Virus record (IMG/VR): IMGVR_UViG_3300047472_000155
Coordinates: 64,001-128,000 of that record
Length of the DNA stretch: 64,000 bases
Reading direction: 5' to 3' (one strand)
Source: a virus
Shown: positions 30,155 through 41,706 of the stretch, in pieces
How positions within the stretch are numbered: the stretch's first letter is position 1
Layout: the number at the start of each line of letters is the position of its first letter
The notes under the pieces: generated by a model
What the model was told of the DNA's origin: nothing
Seen by the model: only the letters and a program-made list of their open reading frames with translations
The model's database searches: none
Position numbers and translations under genes: made by a program

Positions 30155-31063
30155 ATGACACAGAAAAAGTTTACAGATGTGGTACGCATGGGTCATAAGA
30201 CAACACAAGGAGTATTTCATATTGATGATCCAATTACGATAACAGAGAAGATTGATGGTGCAAACGCAAGCTTTAAACGTGAAGGCGACAAGGTTCTTGC
30301 ATTCTCTCGTAACAATCATCTTGATGAATCAAGTGATCTTGGCGGATTCTATCAATGGGTTCAAGCTAATATTGACCCTACAAAGCTTTTGGAAGGAGTC
30401 ATTATGTTTGGAGAGTGGCTTAATCCTCACAAGGTTAAATATGCACCTGAACACACTAAAACATTCATCTTGTTTGCTATCTTCAATGAGTTTACACAAG
30501 AATATGTTAGTTTTTCTATGGTTAAAGATGAGGCAAGACGATTGAATCTCAAGCTTGTCCCTGTGTTTTATGAAGGTGTATATCAATCTTATGAACATCT
30601 TCAATCATTTGTAGGAAAAACTGAACTTGGTGGGACTCTTGGCGGCGAAACCACAGGTGAAGGAATTGTAGTAGTTAACTATGACTATAAAGATAGATAT
30701 GGTGATCAAGTTTTCACAAAGATGGTTGTTGATAAATTTGCTGAGGTTCAACATCAAAAATCTCCACGCGATCCCAATACCCCTGAAACTATTGAGGCTC
30801 TTTGGGTAAAAGATAATATGACAAAAGCCCGTATAGAAAAACTCTTGCTTAAATTAGTAGATGAAGGTATAATTGAAGAAGAGTTTGGCATTGAAGACAT
30901 GGGAACTATTCTTAAGAATATCAATCGGCGCTTGATTGATGATATGATTAAGGAAGAGGTTGACTATTTACCAGAAGGATATGAACTCAAAGAAATTGGT
31001 CGCGCTGTTGCTGGCAAATCTCCTAATATTATTAAGGAGATTATTAAAGAAAGACAAATGTAA
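30155..31063 (+). CDS. RNA ligase 2 family protein
   Basis: TEKIDGANAS, FSRN, FGEW, F..F.I, VPVFY.G, GEGIVV, K.V...F.E. Confidence 0.88.
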   Translation: MTQKKFTDVVRMGHKTTQGVFHIDDPITITEKIDGANASFKREGDKVLAFSRNNHLDESSDLGGFYQWVQANIDPTKLLEGVIMFGEWLNPHKVKYAPEHTKTFILFAIFNEFTQEYVSFSMVKDEARRLNLKLVPVFYEGVYQSYEHLQSFVGKTELGGTLGGETTGEGIVVVNYDYKDRYGDQVFTKMVVDKFAEVQHQKSPRDPNTPETIEALWVKDNMTKARIEKLLLKLVDEGIIEEEFGIEDMGTILKNINRRLIDDMIKEEVDYLPEGYELKEIGRAVAGKSPNIIKEIIKERQM

Positions 31064-31326
31064 TATAAAATGATTGGAGGAATTTATAATGGCAAAAGAA
31101 GTCGGAATTGGATTGACAACAAAGACAGTTTTGCATTTCTTAAACATACAAGACGATAGAGATGTGACTTTGATTACAAATGAGGTTAGTGTCAAAGATG
31201 TTTTGAAGATCATGATAGAAAATGACTTGCCTGTAAATTGTCTTATTAATAAGAAAATTAGACAGGTTAGAGATGGAATTTTTACAATAACAGCAATAAC
31301 CTTTGAATAAAATAGGAGGAATGAAT

Positions 31327-32559
31327 ATGATTCATATTAATATCCCCAAAAAAGTCAATCACATTATGGATGTAATTGGCGACTATAGTCATTCAGTGTA
31401 TGTCGTAGGAGGATGCATAAGAGATTCAATCTTAGGCATCACTCCTAAAGATTGGGACATTGCCACAAGTATGCGTCCAGAAATCGTAATAGCGGCTTTC
31501 AATAACCTTGGATATACCGTTGTCCCTACCGGATTGAAGCATGGAACAGTGACAATCGTAATTGATGGAGAACATTTTGAGGTTACAACATATCGCAAAG
31601 ATGGAGTATACTCAGATGGTCGAAGACCAGATGATGTTGTGTTTACACATGACATTAACGAGGACTTGTCACGAAGAGACTTTACTATTAATGCTATGGC
31701 ATACAATGAAGATGGATTAATTGATCCATTCAATGGCTACCATGATCTTCAAGCTAAATTCATTAGAGCGGTTGGTAATCCATCAGAAAGATTCAAGGAA
31801 GATGGGTTACGTATGTTACGTGCAATTCGTTTTTCGTCAACACTTGGATTTCATATTGCTCCTAGCACATATCGTGCTATTTGCGAAAAATATCGTTTAC
31901 TAAAGGATATTTCTGTTGAGCGTAAACGCGAAGAATTATATAAAATCTTGCTTTCCGACAATGCTCATTATGGAATTAGACATCTCATTAACACAGGATT
32001 AATGGATTATATCATTCATGAAATTAGTGATATGACTTTTCCTAAATTGGATGAGATTCCACAATATTATGGCTTGCGTTTAGCTTATTTGTTACTTGAT
32101 TTCCATGAAGATAAGGTAAGAGAGATTTTGAATAAATTGAAAGTTGACAATGAAACAAAACGTTTAGTGATAAATGGAATCAATGCTTATGATCAAATTG
32201 ACGATAAGCTAAAATTAACAAGATCAGATATGAAGATGATTATTCGCGTTTATGGATCACACGAATTGTGGGGTGCGTTATTGATTGCCAAAACAATACA
32301 TGAAAGTAAACATGGTAGATATAATGAAATGATGCGTCAATTTCTTAATATCATGGAAAACAATAAGAATGGGAAAGAACCTATTTGGATTAAGGATTTA
32401 GATGTCAAAGGCAATGACTTGATTGATCTTGGCTTTGAAGGTAAGCAAATAGGAGAAATGCTAAATCGTATTCTTGATTTTGTGACAATTCATCCTATAG
32501 AAAACGATAAAAGTAAATTAGTTCAACAAATTGAAGGAGGATATTTTAATTATGTATAA
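31327..32559 (+). CDS. cca: CCA-adding tRNA nucleotidyltransferase
   Basis: VGGCIRD, DWDIAT, G.KHGTV, EVTTYR.DG.Y.D.RRP, EDL.RRDFTINAMA, RF.ED.LRMLRAIRF. Confidence 0.93.
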   Translation: MIHINIPKKVNHIMDVIGDYSHSVYVVGGCIRDSILGITPKDWDIATSMRPEIVIAAFNNLGYTVVPTGLKHGTVTIVIDGEHFEVTTYRKDGVYSDGRRPDDVVFTHDINEDLSRRDFTINAMAYNEDGLIDPFNGYHDLQAKFIRAVGNPSERFKEDGLRMLRAIRFSSTLGFHIAPSTYRAICEKYRLLKDISVERKREELYKILLSDNAHYGIRHLINTGLMDYIIHEISDMTFPKLDEIPQYYGLRLAYLLLDFHEDKVREILNKLKVDNETKRLVINGINAYDQIDDKLKLTRSDMKMIIRVYGSHELWGALLIAKTIHESKHGRYNEMMRQFLNIMENNKNGKEPIWIKDLDVKGNDLIDLGFEGKQIGEMLNRILDFVTIHPIENDKSKLVQQIEGGYFNYV

Positions 32560-33215
32560 GTTTCTTGGTGTACTATTGATTATTGTTGGGGTTTTGGCAT
32601 TCTTATATCTTGGAATTGGACTTGGAATCATCGGTTTTGTTCACATCTTTACAGGAGTAGGATCATTGTTTTGGAACATTTGTCTTATCGCTTTCCGTGG
32701 AGTAATTGCATTGATTGTTGGAGGATTAGCGGTGTTTGGTGGATGTTACTTGTGGGCAATAGGTGAAAAATGATATTTATAATTATGATTTCGATTATGG
32801 CGGCTGTGTGTAATGCAATTAGAGATACAAGTCATTTGCCTGAGGGGAAAGTATTTTTACCAATAATGTTACATGAATTCATTTCTATTGTTGTAATAAT
32901 TCTTGCTCTTATTGTGGGCAATTGGATCAAGTGTTTATAAGTGTAAGATAAAATAAATTCTCTTGACTTTATCCGGTCAAGAGAATATAATACATATATA
33001 AGATCAAACAAGGGAGATAAAGGAGATAAGACTATGGCATTTTACGGCAAGGTTATTGATGGCAAGCCAAGCATTGTTGTAGCAAACGGAATCAGCAAAG
33101 GCAATCACATGTCTCTGGAATGGTTTATTAAAATCAAGCAAGGGTTGAAAGAGAGAATGACGAATGAAAGATAAAATAAAATCTGATTACAAATAAAAAA
33201 TGGAGTTGATTAAAA

Positions 33216-33680
33216 ATGAGTACCCATGAAAGAGTAATGGAGTTCATCAATCTTATCAAAGGTCACAAAAATGCAAAAGAGTGTTATGATGCTCATCGAA
33301 TACTGAATAAAATATATCGAAATGGAAATTGCTACATGTTTGCTAAAGCGTTACAATTCGTATTTCCTCAAGCTGTGCTTTATAATCAATACGAATTTGG
33401 ATATCATATAGTTGCATGTTGCAATGGAGTCTTTTATGATATCACAGGAATGCTCAAAGACCAAGATTTGATCAACTATTCAATTTTGACGGAAACTCAA
33501 GAAGAGTGGGCAAGAACATGGTGTTATTCAGAATATCATGATCGTGCTTATGGTCTTCATGACCATGAACACAATAGAATTGATTCTTTAAAAGGTTTAA
33601 AGCTTAAACCTTCAAATGATGGATGGGATGTTGATTCAAAAGAGGTAAGAGAAGAAGTAAAGGAAATTGAATACACATGA
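33216..33680 (+). CDS. hypothetical protein with a possible Cys-His-Asp (transglutaminase/papain-like) triad
   Basis: GNCYMFA...HIV......YDITG. Confidence 0.5.
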   Translation: MSTHERVMEFINLIKGHKNAKECYDAHRILNKIYRNGNCYMFAKALQFVFPQAVLYNQYEFGYHIVACCNGVFYDITGMLKDQDLINYSILTETQEEWARTWCYSEYHDRAYGLHDHEHNRIDSLKGLKLKPSNDGWDVDSKEVREEVKEIEYT

Positions 33681-34913
33681 CGGAGTTAATGCGTCATAGT
33701 GGAAATTTTATTGAGAAACGTTGCGAGAAGTGTGGTAGTCATATTATTCAAAATCTTTGGGGTCAAAGATGGTGTATGAGCATTCGTAAATGTGGATGGT
33801 TTGATTCTACTATAACGAATGATTTACCTCTTCCACAAGTCGAAGATAAAACGAAAAAAGTTGTTAAACCTCCAAAAAAAGGAAGACCAAAAGGAACTGT
33901 TAAGAAAGGATAGTGATTATGTGGGCATCACTAAATCAGGCTTGGAGTTCATGTATTTGAAAAGAAAAGAAAATAGTTTATTTGTTCCACGCGAAGCGTT
34001 GGTGAGAGCAGTTGAATTGATTGAAGAAGAATATGAAGATAGTAGTAAATATAACAAATATGTTTACCAAACATTGAAAAGAATCGAAACATGGAAAAAA
34101 TATGATGAAAGAAAATTGATGATTGTGAAAAATTCATCTATTGTAGCCTTCCATTTAACAGGAAGTTACACATTAGTTGAAGGAGAACCAATAAGCATTC
34201 AACAAGAATCAAAAAACTTTTATTTTGGAATGGGATACTACTCTAGCTTTATGGATGTATTACATCTTAAAGAGTCATTGCGTGAACCAACAGAAGAAGA
34301 AATTAAAAAATATAGTTAATAGAAAGAGGCGATACAAATGTCGGTGGCATATCTTGACATGACAATGCATCAATTATCCAATATTCTTGCTAACGTATCT
34401 CAAAAACCAAGCGAACGTGGATGCAATGACGCATTGGATAGTATTAGACGTATGCTTGAAGAGTATCAACGTGCAGGTGGCAAAGTGAATCTTACAGATT
34501 ATCGTGAAACTAGAAGGGTGTGGTAATATGAACGATAGAGAGATTTTTAGTAAGATTCGTGCATGGGAACTACGTGCGGGAGAGTCGTTTGTTGATTATT
34601 GGGGTTCAAACTTAAATACACCTAATTTCATGTTTTGGTGTGTTGGCAAGGGTATATTGACACAAGCCCAATTTAATGTATGGGAACGTGACTATACATC
34701 AGAAGGAATATATGCTGGACTAACTGCTAATGACCCCAATTATTTTATTGACGGTGACACTACCGAAGGATTGCCATATGCTATCGGAGACATGGACAAT
34801 GAACAATTCTATGGATTAATCGTATTATCTCAATTTATTGCAGATAGCATGATCTATCAAAAGAGGTTGATCGACTTCTTGAATGACGAAGAGGATGATG
34901 AATAATTTATAAA

Positions 34914-35279
34914 TTGATTATTGCTGGAGGTAGAGATTTCGAAGACTTTGATCTCCTTGAGAAAGAAGTAAAACTTTTTCTTAAAGGTAAAAGACCAAGT
35001 GAAATAGAGATTGTTAGTGGGGCGGCAGATGGTGCGGATACGTTGGGAGAAGATTTTGCCAAGAAGTATAAGTGTAAACTTCACAGGAAGAGAGCGAATT
35101 GGACTAAATACGGAAATGCAGCAGGACCAATACGCAACAAAGAAATGGCTATTTACGCGAGTCAAGGCGAAACTAAAGGTGGATGCATTTGCTTTTGGGA
35201 CGGGAAAAGTAAAGGTACTAAAAACATGATTGGTCTTGCTAAAAAATACGGATTAGAATTAAAAGTGATTATGTATTGA
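34914..35279 (+). CDS. SLOG-superfamily DUF2493 (YspA/cpYpsA-related) protein
   Basis: IIAGGRDF, IVSG.A.GAD.LGE, ANW.KYG.AAGPIRN.EM, FWDG.SKGTK.MI. Confidence 0.9.
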   Translation: MIIAGGRDFEDFDLLEKEVKLFLKGKRPSEIEIVSGAADGADTLGEDFAKKYKCKLHRKRANWTKYGNAAGPIRNKEMAIYASQGETKGGCICFWDGKSKGTKNMIGLAKKYGLELKVIMY

Positions 35280-35293
35280 AAGGATGATTATTA

Positions 35294-36022
35294 ATGGCTA
35301 TCATTTTTATTGATGATGAAATTCGTGGACAATTAGCTAATTCCATTAGACTTACAAGAGACTTGTATAGTAAACCAAGTAATATCCTGTTGGCTCACCC
35401 TAATGGAATTGATTATATCGTATTGAAGAATAGGCATTATTATAATCACCAAAAACAAGTTCGTCCATCGGATATTAATGAATATACTAAGTTAAATGTA
35501 GATGTTGTTAGATATACTTTTATTCGTCTAGGATTTATTTTAGGGGCAAAAGAGTTAAATTTAAACGGCATGAATTTGCTGATTGATGAGGATTTTTTGA
35601 ATCCTAATGGAAAGAAAATTTTAAAGGAGATGATTAGCGTGAGTGAGAATAATTTTGAAATTGGAGATAAAGTAGTGCCAATTGGAGATAGTATATATAT
35701 TTCATTGGAAGAAGCTGTTGCTTGGGAAGAAGCAAATGAAATCAATCAACCGTTCCTTTATGTTGTTGGATTTAGTAAAGAAAAAGGAAAAAAATCGGTT
35801 AATGTAACTGCATATTTAAATGGTGATGGACATCGGAGTTACTTTGAAAAAGAAAATTTAAAGCATTATGAAGAACCAAAAACAGGAGTCAAGGAATTGG
35901 AGGAAGTAGAAAAAGAAACTCATGATGATCCTCTTGAATGCACAATTGAGGAATTAAGTATTCTTATTAAAACAGGAATTCTTCAACCCCAAGATATTGT
36001 ATTGGTCAAACGTATAAAATAG
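35294..36022 (+). CDS. protein with a C-terminal paralog family B domain
   Basis: FEIGDKVVP....W......Q.FLYV....F..E.L..Y.E...I.EL..LI..GI....D. Confidence 0.7.
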   Translation: MAIIFIDDEIRGQLANSIRLTRDLYSKPSNILLAHPNGIDYIVLKNRHYYNHQKQVRPSDINEYTKLNVDVVRYTFIRLGFILGAKELNLNGMNLLIDEDFLNPNGKKILKEMISVSENNFEIGDKVVPIGDSIYISLEEAVAWEEANEINQPFLYVVGFSKEKGKKSVNVTAYLNGDGHRSYFEKENLKHYEEPKTGVKELEEVEKETHDDPLECTIEELSILIKTGILQPQDIVLVKRIK

Positions 36023-36282
36023 TGAATACAAGTAATAGATAAAACGAAAGGAATGGGAAGCATGAGCATAATGAATATAGCAGATATCGTTTTTGAGCAA
36101 ACACATGACTTTAAATTCATTATTAGAAAAAGCAAAGTAAGTAATGTTGGTCATACGTGTAGTTCAGGTGTGGTAGAAGATGCATTTAATAGTTGGGTAT
36201 ATAGAGTTTTGATAATTGATTCAGAAAACAATATTTTATCAGATAACAAGGTGGAACGAAAAGGAATTGCAAAAATACTGGA

Positions 36283-36306
36283 TAGATAAAACCAAACTTT
36301 TATCTA
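36283..36306. repeat. palindromic site 4
   Basis: tagataaaa ccaaac ttttatcta; overlaps the stop of 36053..36289. Confidence 0.9.
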
Positions 36307-36327
36307 TCACTCAAAAAGGAGGATACT

Positions 36328-36651
36328 ATGAGCGAGATTTCATATATGAATATTGAAGAATTCTTCAATGATGGCTATTTGCAAGAAGTCAATAGAAGAT
36401 TCTTTCATCCTCTTGGATTGGCTCTAGAAGTTAATACTCATGAGGACGGAACCAAGACTTTAGGTGGTATTTGGGACTATCGTGAAGACCCAGAAGGAAT
36501 AAGGTTTTCTGATGGTATTACAAAACTTGAGAAGTTTAAAAGTCGTGCAGAGAGATTCGATGAATTATTTCAAAAAAGACTACTTGAGCGCTATAACCTT
36601 CTAGGATATGGAATTCAAGAGCCTACTAATGGAGATGATCAAAATGTATAA
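36328..36651 (+). CDS. conserved phage hypothetical protein
   Basis: GYLQEVNRRFFHPLGLALEV...GGIWDYREDPEG; AGGAGG RBS just after site 4. Confidence 0.75.
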   Translation: MSEISYMNIEEFFNDGYLQEVNRRFFHPLGLALEVNTHEDGTKTLGGIWDYREDPEGIRFSDGITKLEKFKSRAERFDELFQKRLLERYNLLGYGIQEPTNGDDQNV

Positions 36652-36955
36652 AAAAGGTGATAAAGTAAGACCAATAGCAAAGACTGTAGGAATGTCTTGG
36701 GAAAATTGTTGTGCTAAAGCCGAAATGGAAAGACTAAATCAAGATTTCCTTTATATTACCCGCGATTATCTAAACAATAGGTTTGGCTGCAATGTTATGG
36801 ATTGTGATGGTGTTTTGAGCGAATTTGCTTTTAGTGATCTTGAGCCATATGAAGAGTATCCAAATCTCATAAAAATAAACAGAGATGTGTTACTTGAATT
36901 GTTGCAAAAAGACATTTTCAAGGAAGATATTCGGTTTTACGTGTCTAAGCCATAG
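36644..36955 (+). CDS. paralog family B member ending in palindromic site 5
   Basis: MYKKGDKVRP..K..G.......QDFLYIT...F...DL.PY.E; TAG stop = start of the site. Confidence 0.75.
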   Translation: MYKKGDKVRPIAKTVGMSWENCCAKAEMERLNQDFLYITRDYLNNRFGCNVMDCDGVLSEFAFSDLEPYEEYPNLIKINRDVLLELLQKDIFKEDIRFYVSKP

Positions 36956-36976
36956 ATAAAATGTGAATTTTATCTA
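36953..36976. repeat. palindromic site 5
   Basis: tagataaaa tgtgaa ttttatcta. Confidence 0.9.
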
Positions 36977-39236
36977 TGAGTAAAAAATTGGAATGGAGAG
37001 TGACTTACATGTGGTGGTGGATACTTGGTCTTGCCATATTTATTACTATAATATATATCATAATCTCGTTTATTCTAAGCAAAATTTTCAAACAGGATTA
37101 TAATACATCACAAATTGCATCATTTCTGATATCTGTTACTATTATTCCGTTGTTATTTTGTATTGATATGTCAAATCAAAGGTATGAATATTACAACACC
37201 AGAACTCTCTCAGCCATGCAAGATAGTCAATCATATGTTGTTTCTAGATATGATGTTGAATCGGAGCTTAAGTATCTTTACATGTACAAAACCGGAGACG
37301 ATACGTATCGTGCAAGTCAAGCACCATCAAATAGATCAACTATTCACATATCTACAAAAGACTATAAAGTTGAGATTTATAAAGAAAAAAAGAAAATCAA
37401 ATTCTTTAACTTGATTCTTCCAAGTCAGTATGTTGATGCGTATAAATTTGAGTTTTATATTCCGAAAGATGGTCTTATTTCAGAGTTCAAGGTTGATTTA
37501 AAATAAGCAAGGAGATGAATAACAGTGGACATAAATAGCCTTTCGCTAGAAAAGAAGAAAGAGATTTACAATCAATTGCTTATTATATTGGCATCAAGAA
37601 TTATGAGATTAATAATCTTTCTGTGAAAAATGGTAAAGTTGTAAAGTATTCTCGCGGATATGGTCCATATGATGATGAATGGATTGAAGTTTCCGCAAAT
37701 AGACAAGGTAATGCAATTGAGAAGTTTAAGCTTATGGTGGATTTGGATAAAAAAATAGAAGAAGAAGTACATCAAAAATATTTGAATCTAAATGACACAA
37801 TTAATAAGTTGGCATTAAAATATTCAGAAGAAGACTTGAGAATGGACTAAAAGGAGGATTAAAATGGAAATTATACACAAGACAAAAAAAGTACTTAGAC
37901 TTATTGATGAACAAACGCCAGTTTATGTTGTTGACGGAAGGGAGTTTATAGACGAAAAAACAGCATTAACATTTGAAAGAAGAAGTAAAGTTAGATTTGT
38001 TGAGCTTAAAGGAATTTCGCAAATAGGGATAAGTGATCTTACTAACTGCAAAGAAGATATTCACGACTTAGACATAAGAGTTGAAGGAGATGAAGTTTAC
38101 CCTTGCATAATTGGAGTTGAAAAAGATAGAGACTCAGCATATAAAATTGATTTAAGCGATATAGATGAACTTATCAATGATCTTCAAGTTTTTCGAAGTG
38201 AAGTTTATCAATTCATCTTTAAAAAGGGGAGAGATTAACAATGACAACAACTAAGCGTCAAGTAATGTATGACGAATACGGAAATATTACACATATGTCA
38301 CGTGAAGTTGAGGTTAAAACACCTATTCAAGTATTAACTGAATTTTGTATTGGTCTTGCAATTGTAGGTCTTATTGTTGTGTTAGTATAAGACAAGGAGA
38401 GATACTATGTCAACGATTCCAGATAGAGCGCTATGGTTCCTTGAAAGCGAAGTAAAAAGCTTGTTTGTAGGATATTCATGCAAAAGAGTGTCTAGTCATC
38501 TTGAATATGTAGAATGTACATCTAAAATGTTAATGTCATTCAAGTCTTTTTGTGGAGTCAAGTATAAAAAGCAATATGCTACTATGTCTAAAAAAATTTT
38601 ATTTTCAAATACTTTCATTAAGAACTATAAATGGAGAGAATTTATGATCAAGTGTGCAGTTGACGAAAACAAGAAAAAGATTTACTGGCAAGCTGAAAGA
38701 ACTTACTCAGAAATGGAGTGGTCATAATAATGACTGCAGTTGAATTACCACTATTTGATGAAGAGATGCACAAGAAAAGTTTGCTTAAATATTACCTTAA
38801 AGAAATTGAAAAGCTAGGATTTGTTACAAGTATAACGGAAAAAGATAACACTACATTTGCTCTAATTGTTGACCCACTTGATATTGATCTCGATTCGACA
38901 AAAGAGATTCCAGATTATGGAGATTTATTTGAATTAGATGAGTTTATTGACATGTGTGAATCTGGAAGTCTTATTGATTATGATGGTTATGGAGATATTG
39001 TTTATAATAACAAGATTATTCATGAACTTATATCTCCATCTGATGTAGATATTTATAAAAATCAACTTGAAGACTTACAGGAAAAGCTTGGCAAAATACA
39101 GATTATGTGGTATAATAAGTAGTATAAGGAGAGTGAAAGATAAAATCATATTATAGAATTAGGGCGATAAGCCCTATATTTTTTTGACAACCGGGTCTGA
39201 GCCAGTGACATTTGAAAAATAAATGATCATCAGCTA

Positions 39237-39265
39237 TTGACAAGTGGCAGATAAAATGATATAAT
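39237..39265 (+). promoter_or_regulatory. sigmaA promoter with the AGATAAAATGA operator in its spacer
   Basis: TTGACA agtggcagataaaatga TATAAT, upstream of the ssb-like gene. Confidence 0.85.
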
Positions 39266-39338
39266 AAAGACCTAGCGACAAAGAATTAAGTAAGTGCTTT
39301 ACAAATATAAGATAAAATTACATGGAGGTAATAACAAA

Positions 39339-40439
39339 ATGGCAAAAAAAGAAAAAGAAGTTAAACAATTGGTGCAAACAAAGTCAGCTTTCACGTTTAA
39401 AGGTATTGTTGACGGTATGGGCAATGAAAATGCTTGGAGAGAAGATTCGATTGGCAAGGGGAAAAACAAGGGCAGATCTTATCGTGCAATTCGTTTCTTG
39501 CTTCAAACAAGCAAGTTCAATAAATTGTCAGTAGAATTGTTTGGTATGGAACAAGAATTCGTTTATCCTTATAGCAAAGCAGAAAAGAAATCAATGAAGG
39601 TTCCATTTGCTAAACGCGACAATTTGCCTAAAGGTTATCACCTTATTGGTATCAATGTAGGTCTTGAACAAAATGATGGAGGCAAAAACATTCGTAAGAG
39701 CCTTGCAGATTATGATGCAGCAGAATATATTTGGGAAAATCTTAATGATGGTGATAGCGTAACGGTAAGTGGAGAAGTAACATTCTCAACATATGAAAAT
39801 TCCGAAGGAGAACTTATTAATCAAACAAAATATGCTATTAAGAACATTTATCGTGAAAAACAACCAATTGATTTTGATGTGGTGAATGAAGAAGGTGAAA
39901 GCACATTTGAAGAAGTGAATGCTTTTGAACAGGAAGTCGTATTTGTTGGATCGGAATTTGACAAAGATGAAGGTGCAGTATACGTCACAGGTTATACTAT
40001 TCAATATGGTAATAAGTTTACACCAGCTAAGTTCGTTATTCGTCCAGAAGGAAATAAGAACATCGAAAAGACCGCTAACGCATTTGTTAAGAAGATGAAA
40101 GGTGGAGACTTTGTAAAAGTATACGGTATTGCATTGAATAAAGCAGAAACAATTGAAATCGACTCTTCGGAAGTAGAAGATAATGATGATGATATCTTTG
40201 GTGGCGAAAAGCCAAAGGGTCTTGGAAAGAGTGCAATTACAAGCTACGTTAATGAATTGCGTATCACAGGTGCTGATGGTTCCACATACGAAAAAGGCTT
40301 GTATGATCTTGACACAGACTTTGTAATTGAAGAACTTGTAGAAGAAGAAAATATTAACTTCGGTAGTGATGAAGATGATGACGAGATTGACTTCGGAGGA
40401 AAGCCAGTTGATATTTCAGATGATGATCTTCCGTTCTGA
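39339..40439 (+). CDS. single-stranded DNA-binding protein (SPbeta YorF-like position)
   Basis: OB-fold-like beta-rich body, acidic tail ending DDDLPF, first gene of the replication module. Confidence 0.75.
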   Translation: MAKKEKEVKQLVQTKSAFTFKGIVDGMGNENAWREDSIGKGKNKGRSYRAIRFLLQTSKFNKLSVELFGMEQEFVYPYSKAEKKSMKVPFAKRDNLPKGYHLIGINVGLEQNDGGKNIRKSLADYDAAEYIWENLNDGDSVTVSGEVTFSTYENSEGELINQTKYAIKNIYREKQPIDFDVVNEEGESTFEEVNAFEQEVVFVGSEFDKDEGAVYVTGYTIQYGNKFTPAKFVIRPEGNKNIEKTANAFVKKMKGGDFVKVYGIALNKAETIEIDSSEVEDNDDDIFGGEKPKGLGKSAITSYVNELRITGADGSTYEKGLYDLDTDFVIEELVEEENINFGSDEDDDEIDFGGKPVDISDDDLPF

Positions 40440-40539
40440 TCTTAACAAGTACAATATAAAATGAAATGGTTGTGTGGAGAAACATATATGTTTCTCCACA
40501 CTCATTAAAATGAAATAAATCGAGAGGATGTTTTAATAA

Positions 40540-41613
40540 ATGGCAATCAATCTTAAAGGATTAAAAGTAAATGTACCACAAATTGCACTGGAAGACTATT
40601 TTTGGGTAATCGCAGGTGTTCCAAAAGCAGGAAAAACATCGCTTTTTGCGAATATTACAAAAGAATATTTCGGAGATATGTCAAAATCAATTCTTCTTGC
40701 ATTTGAAAAAGGATATCAAGCATTGCAAGTTCAAGCGCAGGATGTTAATGATTGGTCTGACTTTGATGAAATCGTAGATCAGTTAATTGATGACAAAAAA
40801 GAATTGGGAATAGAGTTGATTGGCATTGACACAGCAGATATTCTTTTTGAAATGGCTACAGCAGAAGTTATTCGAGAATGGAACACAAAAAATCCTAGCA
40901 AAAGAACTAAGGACATCGGTGGCGTTGGGGCAAAAGGAAAATCTGATCAAGGTTTTGGTGTAGGATATCAATTAGTAAGACAAAAAATTAGAGGTAATAT
41001 TGACAAGCTTCAAAAAGCAGGATATGGAGTTATGGTGCTTACTCACTCTAAAGATAAAAAAATAGAACAAAAAGATGGATTAGAGTATGATCAATTAAAT
41101 GTATCGCTTCCATCGTCAGCTAGAGAAATTTTTATCAATATGGCTGATTTCATTGTATTCATCACAATTGAAAAAGAAAAAGTTGACGATGAAATTCTGA
41201 CTAAACGCTACATGTATTTCCGTTCAGATGGATTCGTTGAAGCAGGAAGTAGATTTAAAAATGTTCCTTTGAGAATTGAATATGATACAAAAGAGTTTTT
41301 GAATGTATTCAAACATGCAGTTCAATCAGAGTTTGATGCAGGAGTAAGTCTTGAACAAATCAAGGAAGAACAGGCAGCACGAAAAGAAAAGGCAGCAGAA
41401 GCTTTCATTCAAGAACAAAAATCACTTGACACTCCAGAAGATTTAATTGCTGTTCTTGACAATAAGATTAAAGGATTGACTGATGAACAAAAAACCGAAG
41501 GTAAAATTAGTGAGAAATTTAAGAAGGTGCTTGGTGGCACAAACAATTACAAAAAAGTCGATGATATTGAACTTTTGAAAAAATGTATTGACATCGTAGA
41601 CAAGTTGGTGTAA
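40540..41613 (+). CDS. Sak4/AAA_24-type ATPase, ssDNA annealing (YorG-like)
   Basis: GVPKAGKTS, FEKGY.AL, IGIDT.D, G.GY, G...LTHSK.K, MADFI. Confidence 0.85.
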   Translation: MAINLKGLKVNVPQIALEDYFWVIAGVPKAGKTSLFANITKEYFGDMSKSILLAFEKGYQALQVQAQDVNDWSDFDEIVDQLIDDKKELGIELIGIDTADILFEMATAEVIREWNTKNPSKRTKDIGGVGAKGKSDQGFGVGYQLVRQKIRGNIDKLQKAGYGVMVLTHSKDKKIEQKDGLEYDQLNVSLPSSAREIFINMADFIVFITIEKEKVDDEILTKRYMYFRSDGFVEAGSRFKNVPLRIEYDTKEFLNVFKHAVQSEFDAGVSLEQIKEEQAARKEKAAEAFIQEQKSLDTPEDLIAVLDNKIKGLTDEQKTEGKISEKFKKVLGGTNNYKKVDDIELLKKCIDIVDKLV

Positions 41614-41706
41614 TATGGTAAGAGTGGTTGTACGAATGAAAGATAAAATGAAATTTATCCGGTAATTTGTATGACCACAAATCCTATAGATGTGAGAGGT
41701 AGCTAG

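Noticed and set aside
39180-39236. Possible tRNA or ncRNA in this slightly GC-richer intergenic stretch
   Set aside because: No cloverleaf or T-loop GTTCRA; it lies between a terminator and a promoter. No tRNA was recognised anywhere in the window
41640-41660. Eighth palindromic site (AAGATAAAATGAAATTTATCC)
   Set aside because: Arm spacing and the right arm do not match the 9-6-9 consensus; treated as an operator half-site
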